DNA from: Eledone cirrhosa
Lineage: Eukaryota
NCBI GenBank assembly: GCA_964016885.1
Contig: OZ024753.1
Span: 34,162,001 to 34,226,000 of the forward strand
Length of the DNA stretch: 64,000 nucleotides
Reading direction: 5' to 3'
The position numbers and the translations under genes are program-made. Below the pieces are notes generated by a model that did not search any database, was not told the origin of the DNA, and saw nothing but the letters and a program-made list of their open reading frames with translations. This document shows positions 41,956 through 55,439 of the stretch, piece by piece (the first letter of the stretch is position 1; every line of letters begins with the position of its first letter).

Positions 41956-44900
41956 TGTAGTGTCTGTGGTTGTATTACACTTTCAAAAGCTCGTCTTATC
42001 AGCCATAAGAGATCACAACTTTAGTGTTTGTGGTCATATTACACTTTCAAAAGCTCGTCTTATCAGCCATAAGAGATCACAACTTTAGTGTTTGTGGTCA
42101 TATTACTCTTTCAAAAGCTGGTCTTATCAGCCATAAGAGATCACAACTTTAGTGTTTGTGGTCATATTACACTTTCAAAAGCTGGTCTTATCAGCCATAA
42201 GAGATCACAACTTTAGTGTTTGTGGTCATATTACACTTTCAAAAGCTCGTCTTATCAGCCATAAGAGATCACAACTTTAGTGTTTGTGGTCATATTACAC
42301 TTTCAAAAGCTCGTCTTATCAGCCATAAGAGATCACAACTTTAGTGGTTGTGATCATATTACACTTTCAAAAGCTCGTCTTATCAGCCATAAGAGATCAC
42401 AACTTTAGTGTTTGTGGTCATATTACACTTTCAAAAGCTCGTCTTATCAGCCATAAGAGATCACAACTTTAGTGTTTGTGGTCATATTACACTTTCAAAA
42501 GCTCGTCTTATCAGCCATAAGAGATCACAACTTTAGTGTTTGTGGTCATATTACACTTTCAAAAGCTCGTCTTATCAGCCATAAGAGATCACAACTTTAG
42601 TGTTTGTGGTCATATTACACTTTCAAAAGCTCGTCTTATCAGCCATAAGAGATCACAACTTTAGTGTTTGTGGTCATATTACACTTTCAAAAGCTCGTCT
42701 TATCAGCCATAAGAGATCACAACTTTAATGTTTGTGGTCATATTACACTTTCAAAAGCTGGTCTTATCAGCCATAAGAGATCACAACTTTAGTGTTTGTG
42801 GTCATATTACACTTTCAAAAGCCGGTCTTATCAGTCATAAGAGATCACAACTTTAGTGTTTGTGGTCATATTACACTTTCAAAAGCTGGTCTTATCAGCC
42901 ATAAAAGATCACAACTTTAGTGTTTGTGGTCATATTACACTTTCAAAAGCTCGTCTTATCAGCCATAAGAGATCACAACTTTAGTGTTTGTGGTCATATT
43001 ACACTTTCAAAAGCTGGTCTTATCAGCCATAAGAGATCACAACTTTAGTGTTTGTGGTCATATTACACTTTCAAAAGCTCGTCTTATCAGCCATAAGAGA
43101 TCACAACTTTAGTGTTTGTGGTCATATTACACTTTCAAAAGCTGGTCTTATCAGCCATAAGAGATCACAACTTTAGTGTTTGTGGTCATATTACACTTTC
43201 AAAAGCTCGTCTTATCAGCCATAAGAGATCACAACTTTAGTGTTTGTGGTCATATTACACTTTCAAAAGCTCGTCTTATCAGCCATAAGAGATCACAACT
43301 TTAATGTTTGTGGTCATATTACACTTTCAAAAGCTGGTCTTATCAGCCATAAGAGATCACAACTTTAGTGTTTGTGGTCATATTACACTTTCAAAAGCTG
43401 GTCTTATCAGCCATAAAAGATCACAACTTTAGTGTTTGTGGTCATATTACACTTTCAAAAGCTGGTCTTATCAGCCATAAGAGATCACAACTTTAGTGTT
43501 TGTGGTCATATTACACTTTCAAAAGCTGGTCTTATCAGTCATAAGAGATCTTAGCTGTAGTGTTTGTGGTCATATTACACTTTCAAAAGCTGGTCTTATC
43601 AGCCATAAGAGATCACAACTTTAGTGTTTGTGGTCATATTACACTTTCAAAAGCTGGTCTTATCAGCCATAAGAGATCACAACTTTAGTGTTTGTGGTCA
43701 TATTACACTTTCAAAAGCTGGTCTTATCAGCCATAAGAGATCACAACTTTAGTGTTTGTGGTCATATTACACTTTCAAAAGCTGGTCTTATCAGCCATAA
43801 GAGATCACAACTTTAGTGTTTGTGGTCATATTACACTTTCAAAAGCCGGTCTTATCAGCCATAAGAGATCACAACTTTAGTGTTTGTGGTCATATTACAC
43901 TTTCAAAAGCCGGTCTTATCAGCCATAAGAGATCACAACTTTAGTGTTTGTGGTCATATTACACTTTCAAAAGCTGGTCTTATCAGCCATAAGAGATCAC
44001 AACTTTAGTGTTTGTGGTCATATTACACTTTCAAAAGCTGGTCTTATCAGCCATAAGAGATCACAACTTTAGTGTTTGTGGTCATATTACACTTTCAAAA
44101 GCCGGTCTTATCAGTCATAAGAGATCACAACTTTAGTGTTTGTGGTCATATTAGTGTTTGTGGTCATATTACACTTTCAAAAGCCGGTCTTATCAGTCAT
44201 AAGAGATCACAACTTTAGTGTTTGTGGTCATATTACACTTTCAAAAGGTGGTCTTATCAGCCATAAGAGATCACAACTTTAGTGTTTGTGGTCATATTAC
44301 ACTTTCAAAAGCCGGTCTTATCAGTCATAAGAGATCACAACTTTAGTGTTTGTGGTCATATTACACTTTCAAAAGCCGGTCTTATCAGTCATAAGAGATC
44401 ACAACTTTAGTGTTTGTGGTCATATTACACTTTCAAAAGCCGGTCTTATCAGCCATAAGAGATCACAACTTTAGTGTTTGTGGTCATATTACACTTTCAA
44501 AAGCTGGTCTTATCAGCCATAAGAGATCACAACTTTAGTGTTTGTGGTCATATTACACTTTCAAAAGCTGGTCTTATCAGCCATAAGAGATCACAACTTT
44601 AGTGTTTGTGGTCATATTACACTTTCAAAAGCTGGTCTTATCAGCCATAAGAGATCACAACTTTAATGTTTGTGGTCATATTACACTTTCAAAAGCTGGT
44701 CTTATCAGCCATAAGAGATCACAACTTTAGTGTTTGTGGTCATATTACACTTTCAAAAGCTGGTCTTATCAGCCATAAAAGATCACAACTTTAGTGTTTG
44801 TGGTCATATTACACTTTCAAAAGCTGGTCTTATCAGCCATAAGAGATCACAACTTTAGTGTTTGTGGTCATATTACACTTTCAAAAGCTGGTCTTATCAG

Positions 44901-47900
44901 TCATAAGAGATCTTAGCTGTAGTGTTTGTGGTCATATTACACTTTCAAAAGCTGGTCTTATCAGCCATAAGAGATCACAACTTTAGTGTTTGTGGTCATA
45001 TTACACTTTCAAAAGCTGGTCTTATCAGCCATAAGAGATCACAACTTTAGTGTTTGTGGTCATATTACACTTTCAAAAGCTGGTCTTATCAGCCATAAGA
45101 GATCACAACTTTAGTGTTTGTGGTCATATTACACTTTCAAAAGCTGGTCTTATCAGCCATAAGAGATCACAACTTTAGTGTTTGTGGTCATATTACACTT
45201 TCAAAAGCCGGTCTTATCAGCCATAAGAGATCACAACTTTAGTGTTTGTGGTCATATTACACTTTCAAAAGCCGGTCTTATCAGCCATAAGAGATCACAA
45301 CTTTAGTGTTTGTGGTCATATTACACTTTCAAAAGCTGGTCTTATCAGCCATAAGAGATCACAACTTTAGTGTTTGTGGTCATATTACACTTTCAAAAGC
45401 TGGTCTTATCAGCCATAAGAGATCACAACTTTAGTGTTTGTGGTCATATTACACTTTCAAAAGCTGGTCTTATCAGCCATAAGAGATCACAACTTTAGTG
45501 TTTGTGGTCATATTACACTTTCAAAAGCTGGTCTTATCAGCCATAAGAGATCACAACTTTAGTGTTTGTGGTCATATTACACTTTCAAAAGCTGGTCTTA
45601 TCAGCCATAAGAGATCACAACTTTAGTGTTTGTGGTCATATTACACTTTCAAAAGCTGGTCTTATCAGCCATAAGAGATCACAACTTTAGTGTTTGTGGT
45701 CATATTACACTTTCAAAAGCTGGTCTTATCAGCCATAAGAGATCACAACTTTAGTGTTTGTGGTCATATTACACTTTCAAAAGCTCGTCTTATCAGCCAT
45801 AAGAGATCACAACTTTAGTGTTTGTGGTCATATTACACTTTCAAAAGCTGGTCTTATCAGCCATAAAAGATCTTAGCTGTAGTGTTTGTGGTCATATTAC
45901 ACTTTCAAAAGCCGGTCTTATCAGTCATAAGAGATCACAACTTTAGTGTTTGTGGTCATATTACACTTTCAAAAGCTCGTCTTATCAGCCATAAGAGATC
46001 ACAACTTTAGTGTTTGTGGTCATATTACACTTTCAAAAGGTGGTCTTATCAGCCATAAAAGATCACAACTTTATTGTTTGTGGTCATATTACACTTTCAA
46101 AAGCTGGTCTTATCAGCCATAAGAGATCACAACTTTAGTGTTTGTGGTCATATTACACTTTCAAAAGCTGGTCTTATCAGCCATAAGAGATCACAACTTT
46201 AGTGTTTGTGGTCATATTACACTTTCAAAAGGTGGTCTTATCAGCCATAAGAGATCACAACTTTAGTGTTTGTGGTCATATTACACTTTCAAAAGCCGGT
46301 CTTATCAGTCATAAGAGATCACAACTTTAGTGTTTGTGGTCATATTACACTTTCAAAAGCCGGTCTTATCAGCCATAAGAGATCACAACTTTAGTGTTTG
46401 TGGTCATATTACACTTTCAAAAGCTGGTCTTATCAGCCATAAGAGATCACAACTTTAGTGTTTGTGGTCATATTACACTTTCAAAAGCTGGTCTTATCAG
46501 CCATAAGAGATCACAACTTTAGTGTTTGTGGTCATATTACACTTTCAAAAGCTGGTCTTATCAGCCATAAGAGATCACAACTTTAGTGTTTGTGGTCATA
46601 TTACACTTTCAAAAGCTGGTCTTATCAGCCATAAGAGATCACAACTTTAGTGTTTGTGGTCATATTACACTTTCAAAAGCTGGTCTTATCAGCCATAAGA
46701 GATCACAACTTTAGTGTTTGTGGTCATATTACACTTTCAAAAGCCGGTCTTATCAGTCATAAGAGATCACAACTTTAGTGTTTGTGGTCATATTACACTT
46801 TCAAAAGGTGGTCTTATCAGCCATAAGAGATCACAACTTTAGTGTTTGTGGTCATATTACACTTTCAAAAGCCGGTCTTATCAGTCATAAGAGATCACAA
46901 CTTTAGTGTTTGTGGTCATATTACACTTTCAAAAGCCGGTCTTATCAGTCATAAGAGATCACAACTTTAGTGTTTGTGGTCATATTACACTTTCAAAAGC
47001 CGGTCTTATCAGCCATAAGAGATCACAACTTTAGTGTTTGTGGTCATATTACACTTTCAAAAGCTGGTCTTATCAGCCATAAGAGATCACAACTTTAGTG
47101 TTTGTGGTCATATTACACTTTCAAAAGCTGGTCTTATCAGCCATAAGAGATCACAACTTTAGTGTTTGTGGTCATATTACACTTTCAAAAGCTGGTCTTA
47201 TCAGCCATAAGAGATCACAACTTTAATGTTTGTGGTCATATTACACTTTCAAAAGCTGGTCTTATCAGCCATAAGAGATCACAACTTTAGTGTTTGTGGT
47301 CATATTACACTTTCAAAAGCTGGTCTTATCAGCCATAAAAGATCACAACTTTAGTGTTTGTGGTCATATTACACTTTCAAAAGCTGGTCTTATCAGCCAT
47401 AAGAGATCACAACTTTAGTGTTTGTGGTCATATTACACTTTCAAAAGCTGGTCTTATCAGTCATAAGAGATCTTAGCTGTAGTGTTTGTGGTCATATTAC
47501 ACTTTCAAAAGCTGGTCTTATCAGCCATAAGAGATCACAACTTTAGTGTTTGTGGTCATATTACACTTTCAAAAGCTGGTCTTATCAGCCATAAGAGATC
47601 ACAACTTTAGTGTTTGTGGTCATATTACACTTTCAAAAGCTGGTCTTATCAGCCATAAGAGATCACAACTTTAGTGTTTGTGGTCATATTACACTTTCAA
47701 AAGCTCGTCTTATCAGCCATAAGAGATCACAACTTTAGTGTTTGTGGTCATATTACACTTTCAAAAGCCGGTCTTATCAGCCATAAGAGATCACAACTTT
47801 AGTGTTTGTGGTCATATTACACTTTCAAAAGCCGGTCTTATCAGCCATAAGAGATCACAACTTTAGTGTTTGTGGTCATATTACACTTTCAAAAGCTGGT

Positions 47901-49115
47901 CTTATCAGCCATAAGAGATCACAACTTTAGTGTTTGTGGTCATATTACACTTTCAAAAGCTGGTCTTATCAGCCATAAGAGATCACAACTTTAGTGTTTG
48001 TGGTCATATTACACTTTCAAAAGCTGGTCTTATCAGCCATAAGAGATCACAACTTTAGTGTTTGTGGTCATATTACACTTTCAAAAGCTGGTCTTATCAG
48101 CCATAAGAGATCACAACTTTAGTGTTTGTGGTCATATTACACTTTCAAAAGCCGGTCTTATCAGCCATAAGAGATCACAACTTTAGTGTTTGTGGTCATA
48201 TTACACTTTCAAAAGCTGGTCTTATCAGCCATAAGAGATCACAACTTTAGTGTTTGTGGTCATATTACACTTTCAAAAGCTGGTCTTATCAGCCATAAGA
48301 GATCACAACTTTAGTGTTTGTGGTCATATTACACTTTCAAAAGCTGGTCTTATCAGCCATAAGAGATCACAACTTTAGTGTTTGTGGTCATATTACACTT
48401 TCAAAAGCTGGTCTTATCAGCCATAAGAGATCACAACTTTAGTGTTTGTGGTCATATTACACTTTCAAAAGCTGGTCTTATCAGCCATAAAAGATCTTAG
48501 CTGTAGTGTTTGTGGTCATATTACACTTTCAAAAGCCGGTCTTATCAGTCATAAGAGATCACAACTTTAGTGTTTGTGGTCATATTACACTTTCAAAAGC
48601 TCGTCTTATCAGCCATAAGAGATCACAACTTTAGTGTTTGTGGTCATATTACACTTTCAAAAGGTGGTCTTATCAGCCATAAAAGATCACAACTTTATTG
48701 TTTGTGGTCATATTACACTTTCAAAAGCTGGTCTTATCAGCCATAAGAGATCACAACTTTAGTGTTTGTGGTCATATTACACTTTCAAAAGCTGGTCTTA
48801 TCAGCCATAAGAGATCACAACTTTAGTGTTTGTGGTCATATTACACTTTCAAAAGGTGGTCTTATCAGCCATAAGAGATCACAACTTTAGTGTTTGTGGT
48901 CATATTACACTTTCAAAAGCTCGTCTTATCAGCCATAAGAGATCACAACTTTAGTGTTTGTGGTCATATTACACTTTCAAAAGCTGGTCTTATCAGCCAT
49001 AAGAGATCACAACTTTAGTGTTTGTGGTCATATTACACTTTCAAAAGCTGGTCTTATCAGCCATAAAAGATCTTAGCTGTAGTGTTTGTCGTCATATTAC
49101 ACTTTCAAAAGCCGG
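41956..49115 (+). repeat. 64-bp tandem satellite, about 111 copies
   Basis: Monomer TGTTTGTGGTCATATTACACTTTCAAAAGCTGGTCTTATCAGCCATAAGAGATCACAACTTTAG; one 18-bp slip near 44151. Confidence 0.98.
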
Positions 49116-50206
49116 ATGAAAATCTATTTTGGACAAATGCACCAATAGTGCAGGCCCTGTTCATAATGTCTTTCACAAAATGTGCAACACCTGTCATGAA
49201 AACATGTATACCAAAGCTAGAGTTAGATACATAGCTACAGGTCAAGAACAAATATGGTAATACATCTCATTAATGAAAGTGACGTGTCTGTCGAATGCTC
49301 AGTCACTTGACGTCAGTTCTATGAGCAATAGAACTAACACAGATTGTACAACTGTGATTTCTCATGGCTGACAAGTGTAGTTCTTGAGAGTGGTGTAAAT
49401 AGATGGAGCAGTGTGTTCTATTTCAAAACAACATCTAACATATCCTAAAAACATACCATTATCGAAACACTGCCCCAACCTAGGCACTGAGTCTGTCACC
49501 CTCTCCCTCTCTTTCTTCCGCAGCCTAATAGTCTTTGCTCTTTCTCTCACATTTACAGCATTTATAGTCCTTTCCTCTATTTTCCTATACAGCCAGATCT
49601 GCCCTTCTTTACCATTACCCCCTTATTTTTTCATTACTTAATTTTGTTTTTAATATTTCTATGGTTGTATAACTTATGTTTGTAAAATATAGTTGACATA
49701 ATAAAACCATAGCTAAATCTCTCGAATAAAAAAAAGTTATCATATTATACCAAAATGGTAATATCATTATTTAATTACTGTGTTAATGAATCTGGTAATC
49801 TGTGAAATATTAAAATATTTAAATGAATAATAATTTTTTTTCGAGGCATGCCATGCTTATTAGATTAGCTAACATTCAAAGGGAAATAATTCAAGACAAT
49901 TGTTTTGATAAGTGAGTTATATTCCCTTTACTTTTTCATTAATGCGCTGATTATATTTCAGATATATTTTATAGATTTATGTATTAATTAATAACAGACT
50001 AAATAAATGGGGGGGAAAAAAACAAGAATTATGTGGATTAATGATATCAAGAAGAGGTTAGACAGAAATTATAGTGAATTTATTGGTAGGGTACGAGAAA
50101 GACCGAGAAAGCAATACATGGAGTTCAACTGACTGAACGCAGACGACACTTGATGTTTATGTTATGTATGTAAATAGCCGTACCCGTATTTCATAGAAAT
50201 ACACTT

Positions 50207-50685
50207 CTGTTGTTGTGATGGTGGTGATGGTGGTGGGAGAAGGAGTAGTAGTGATGATGATGATGGTGGTGGTGGTGGTGGTCGACGTTGTCGTCGCCGT
50301 CATAGCAGTAGTAGTGATGGTGGTCGTCGCCATCGTTGTCGTCGTCGTAGTAGTAGTAATGATGATGGCGGTGGTCGTCGTATCAGTAGTAGTAGTGATG
50401 TTGGTGGTGGTCGTCGTCGTCGTTCTCATCGTATCAGTAGTAGTAATGATGGTGGTGGTGGTCGCCATCGTAGCAGTAGTGATGGTGGTGGTGGTTGTCG
50501 TCGTAACAGTAGTGATGGTGGTTGTCGTCGTAGCAGTAGTAGTGGTGATGGTTGTCGTCGTAGTAGTAGTGGTGGTCGTCGTCGTTGTCGTAGCAGTAGT
50601 AGTGGTGGTTGTTGTCGTCGTCGTCGTAGAAGCAGGAGCAATAGGAGTAGTAGTGATGGTGGTGGGAGGAGGAAGAAGTGGAGGA
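50207..50685. repeat. Compound trinucleotide tract (GTG/GTA/GTC/GAT)
   Basis: Directly visible; gives the poly-V and poly-T pseudo-ORFs. Confidence 0.95.
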
Positions 50686-51491
50686 GGCTCTGCAATATCA
50701 CGACCCAAGCACAGCAAAAACAACGATTGGTAAGAATTTATTAAAATTTGTAACGGCAGAAACGATATGGAGAAGGGGGGAGGTTAGTGTGTGTATATGT
50801 GTGCATATATATATATATATGTGTGTGTGAGAGAGAGAGAGTAAGTGTGTGTATGTGTGTGAGCGAGTAAGTGTGAGGATAAGCGTGTGTGTAGGGGTGA
50901 ATAGTGTGTGTATATGTGTGTGTGTGTGAGAAAGAGAGTAAGTGTGTGTATGTGTGTGAGCGAGTAAGTGTGAGGATAAGCGTGTATGTAGGGGTGAATA
51001 AGTGTGTGTGTGAGTAAGTGTATGTAAATGAGTGTTAAATGAACGAAGCGACTGACTTCCGACAGCCCGAGGAAATCGCGTCTCGATTGATGCTAACAAT
51101 CAAAGGGAAATAATTCCATACAAACTATATTTATAGATGTATTGTGGATTTGTTTATTAATAGATGATTGAATTAAATCGAAAGATTGGAAGGGGGGGGG
51201 GGTTAAGAATTGCGTAGATTATTTCAAGGATATGATAATCTTTAAATAAAGTGGATTTATATGGACGGAGATAGTGTTCAACTGCCATGACCTACAATCG
51301 ATGGTGTTCAACTGACTGAGAGCAGACGATACCTGTTACTCTCCTCTACCGTTGTGAATACTGTTATGAGTTCTATGTTTCGGGGTCATTTTTACAATGA
51401 TGTCGCTATTTATACGAACTGCTGGGGTTTCCATTAGTCAGTCAATATTCTATAATACTCAGATATGTATTTTATTCTCTACTTGGGAATA

Positions 51492-51786
51492 TAATTGTTT
51501 CTACTTTTGGCACAAGGCCAGCAATTATCTCAGCGTATTACTGGTACTTTATTTTATCGACCCCGTAAGGATGAAAGGCAAAGTTAACCTCGGCGGGATT
51601 TGAACTCAGAATGGCAAGACACTCCGTAGAGAGGCAGTGTGTTAGAAAAAGTGATTAGAATGTATGCTCAGGCGGGAGAGAAATGACAGTAACTTTGCCT
51701 TTCGTCCTTACGGGGTCGATAAAATAAAGTACCAGTAATGTACTGAGTAATTTGCTGGCCTGGTGCCAAAAGTAGAAACAATTATT
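51492..51786. mobile_element. Inverted pair of truncated family A SINEs
   Basis: 51492-51618 (-) and 51688-51786 (+). Confidence 0.85.
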
Positions 51787-52068
51787 TATGTATCTATCTC
51801 TCCCTTCCTCCCTCACTCCATTTATGTATCTATCTCTCCCTTCCTCCCTCACTCCATTTATGTATCTATCTCTCCCTTCCTCTCTCACTCTATTTATGTA
51901 TTTATCTCCCCCTTCCTCTCTCACTCCATTTATGTATCTATCTCTCCCTTCCTCCCTCACTCCATTTATGTATCTATCTCTCCCTTCCTCCCTCACTCCA
52001 TTTATGTATCTATCTCTCCCTTCCTCCCTCACTCTATTTATGTATTTATCTCTCCCTTCCTCTCTCAC
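51784..52068. repeat. 36-bp minisatellite, about 8 copies
   Basis: ATTTATGTATCTATCTCTCCCTTCCTCCCTCACTCC units. Confidence 0.95.
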
Positions 52069-52147
52069 ACTATTTTTTTATCGTCTGTTTATTTTTATAT
52101 AAGAGATCAGATATGAATGTGTTGTTAAGAAGCTCGTTTATATTTAG

Positions 52148-52295
52148 CAGTCGACATGGCATGGTCCAATAGGTTGCGGCTGGAGAAAGTGTCGCTGCAA
52201 GTGGCATCCCAGACGCTGGGCCACCACGGAACGGGAAAGTGGTCATACCATCTGGCCTTTTGTCATCCCCTCCGTCCAGCCCAAGAAGTTGACGT
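52148..52295 (-). pseudogene. Restriction-like endonuclease (REL) fragment of a CRE-clade non-LTR element
   Basis: GLDGGDDKRPDGMTTFPFRGG, then after a frameshift VWDATCSDTFS, matching the RPDG...WD.T..DT motif. Confidence 0.75.
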
Positions 52296-52762
52296 AGTAT
52301 ACATAATAATAATATAATCAATGTGTACTATCGAATGAATAGAAGTAAACATACATACACATGGAAAAATTATGATTTAAAAGATTTAAAAAATTCGAAG
52401 TTTGAAAGCCACGTAAATGCGAAGTGAACGTATAAATAAATACTTCGGATGAAACAAGTATTATTTTAACCTTAATTTATTCTTGTCCTGCTATTTCGAG
52501 ATTAGAATCTCTTCTTCCGATGAAAATATAAGGACTATTCCAGTGTCCGGTGCTGTTCGCTTTACCATGCTGGCGGAAGCAGTTTTGTCATTATTTAATT
52601 TTTATCAACCTCTTTTGTTTTAAAAATTAAGGTCTGGACAGGTCAAGGGGATCACAGAGTTGTTTCCCTTGATTTTTGCATAGACACACATATATATATA
52701 CTAATAGACACGTAAACACACATGGATAAAATCGTGTGAACACATGATTTCTCCCTCGGATA

Positions 52763-52922
52763 AATAATTGTTTCTACGTTAGGCACAAGGCCAGCAAATA
52801 CCCAGTGTATTACTGGTACTTTATTTTATCGACCCCGTAAGGATGAAAGGCAAAGTTAACCTCGGCGGGATTTGAACTCAGAATGGCAAGGGCCGTAACT
52901 CTATGCACCAAAAGCATGGCAT
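52763..52922 (-). mobile_element. Family A SINE
   Basis: Reverse complement of the consensus. Confidence 0.85.
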
Positions 52923-53221
52923 CCGGATAAATAATATGCTCGTATGTGGGCCCATGTGTACCCCTATGTGTAGAGTCCACAGTGGCCTAACATGTCTTGT
53001 GCGAGGAAAGGCAGTCACTCCCGGGCGCAGAATTTCCCCTGGTCTATAATATTTATTAATTAAAATGCAGCCGCCAAAAATAACTTTGCTTCTCCTCACT
53101 GAGATTAAGGTGAATGCGGGAGAGGGGGACATATTGGCAAGCGGGGGCCCTACATGTTGTTACACTCCTGGCTTGTCTGGGAGATCAGTAGCCACCGCGT
53201 CAATACTCACCAATAGGCTTA

Positions 53222-53930
53222 TCCATGGCGCCCAGGACCCTTACTCCCGAGGCCTCTTTTTTTCGGCTAGCCTGACCGCTCTCATGAAGAAAGAGGGTGG
53301 CATACGCCCCATCGCCGTGGGCAATGTCTTCCGGAGGCTGGCTGCCAAGGTGGTCTGCAGGTCCATAACACCTGAACTGGGTCAGGAGTTCAGTCCGGTG
53401 CAACTGGGTGTCGGCGTGTCCGGTGGCCGCACATGCAACCAGGCAGTTCTTCAACAGCTGTCCACCGGAAGCGGCATCCAGGGACTCCAGGCACCTCATT
53501 GTCAAGCTTGACATGAGCAATGCCTTTAACTGCATATGCTGGGACCATCTGCTCGATGCCTGCCTCAGCCGAGCCCCCCCCCCCCCTCTGCCTACCTGTC
53601 GTATGGATCCCCGAGCATGCGCCTTGCTGCTGATACGGTCATACCTTCGGCCACTGGGGTCCAACAGGGTGACCCTTTGGGCCCCCTCCTGTTTGCCCTT
53701 GGTATAGACCACATTGCCAGAAGTATCACGGCCCCTCTCAACGTTTGGTATCTGGATGATGCTACGATGGGCGGGCCCGTAGAGACTGTCTGCCATGACC
53801 TACAGTTGGTGGTTCCTGCCCTAGCGGGAATCAGCCTCCAGGTCAACTCGGAGATGGTGAATGTCAGCCACGATGCTGAGAGCTTTTCAACTTCCGTCTC
53901 GGGCGTGCGGTCCATTCTCCACCAGGTACA
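53222..53930 (+). pseudogene. Frameshifted reverse transcriptase of a CRE-clade non-LTR retrotransposon
   Basis: KKEGGIRPIAVGNVFRRLAAK; PVQLGVGVSGG; KLDMSNAFN; GVQQGDPLGPLLFAL; NVWYLDD, spread over three frames. Confidence 0.9.
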
Positions 53931-54104
53931 GGTGGCAGTGTGCAAGGGTTACATGAAATCCCTAAACCAGTGTCACAATTTTACACTATTATTCTCAAAA
54001 CAATGTCAGATATAATTATTTTGAAGTTTTATTTATCTTCTATCGCTGCACTTTCCATATTTATAATTAAATAAATAGATTAAGGTTTTAATACTTTAAA
54101 TATA

Positions 54105-54524
54105 TAGGATCTCCTACGGCCAGTTAAACCTCGCCTGTCTCTCTTACTCCAGATAATGGAACAGGGGACTTTGTTAAAGGCTGTCTCTGGAAGAAATCTG
54201 CTGTATACTTCTGTCTGTGTTGTTAGCAGCCAACACACTCAAGTGTAAAAGAAAAAAACTTTATTTCATGTTGTTCCAGTACCCTGAGTAGTTAGGGAGT
54301 AAATCCTGTGATAACAACAAGGAAACCCAATGATAAACTTAGAACAAACTTTATATATATATACTAATTTTTCAATTTACAGAAACATGTATATTAACTT
54401 ACATATTAATTGTTCGACATATATCTACTAAATACTAGTAGTTTTGAAATTAATTTATATATAGAAACGGAATGAGAGTAAGGTAACACACGGAATATAT
54501 TTTGAGGCGTGTTTTCTAGCTTTC
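54105..54524. repeat. Left arm of an about 420-bp inverted repeat (partner 61311-61763)
   Basis: Reverse-complement match with indels, e.g. CCTACGGCCAGTTAAACCTCGCCTGTCTCTC / GAGAGACAGGCGAGGTTTAACTGGCCGTAGG. Confidence 0.92.
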
Positions 54525-54987
54525 TTTCCGTGTTATTTTGTTTCTTGTAAATAATGTTTTCAATATATCAATTCAAAACTTTTGTGAATAGGCATCATAT
54601 CTTGTCATTTAGCTATGGTTTAATTTTGATATAAATAGTGGCTTTAACCCCCATTATACAACTAGATATATTAAAATTATATATATTATAGTTATATACC
54701 TGTTAAATATATTATATTTATTTAATTAATAAATATGTATGTATATAATATATATACATATTTATATATAAAATGTATATATATTTAATAAAATATATGT
54801 GTATAAACACATATATTTTAAAAATACATTTATATACATTATATATGTAGTATATATAATATATATGTATGTATTAATATATATAGTAATTATTTATATA
54901 AATATAAAAATATATATAAAATGGGAAGTATACAATCTAAAAAGAATCGAACTCACGATCGTGAAGTCGCAATGGCTTTAAATACTT

Positions 54988-55050
54988 TGCGCATGCGCAC
55001 TGATATCTACTTTTTTGCGCATGTGCAATTGGCAAAAACAAAATGGCCGC
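54988..55050 (+). promoter_or_regulatory. Promoter-like motif cluster (two NRF1-type sites, CCAAT, YY1-like)
   Basis: TGCGCATGCGCA at 54988, TGCGCATGTGCA at 55016, ATTGG at 55028, CAAAATGGCCGC at 55039. Confidence 0.45.
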
Positions 55051-55439
55051 TAGAACAATTTCTTTTTTTTTCCAACCCGAATGAAAAACGTTAAAATCTT
55101 GGATTTTACTATTTATAAGGAGGTAAAGTAAAGTTTTATTTTATGTTGAACAGTTTTATGTTTATTTCCTTCCATAAACGTCAGCAATAAATATTAAAAC
55201 GATCGTTTTGTTCTACTACTACAACATCTCCACGTAGTGTTGTATTTCAATGGTGCTTATTGCTACGTGATAGATTGATCAGGCTATATTATCTTATGCA
55301 AGAACGTTACGTTTCCAAAGCAATCCAGGTTAAAGACAGGGGAACAGACAGATATGATGTTGTCATTGCTTATGTCTGTGCAGTTGATTGTCAATCTGCC
55401 ATTCCTAGTAAGCAGTTAGAACCATACCTACATGGCACA

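Noticed and set aside
41956-49115. Possible CRISPR array or poly-zinc-finger gene
   Set aside because: There are no unique spacers and the context is eukaryotic. The 64-bp period breaks frame and each unit has a TAG in the finger frame.
50157-50733. Mucin-like poly-Thr ORF
   Set aside because: It is a compound trinucleotide microsatellite, with no splice or domain support.
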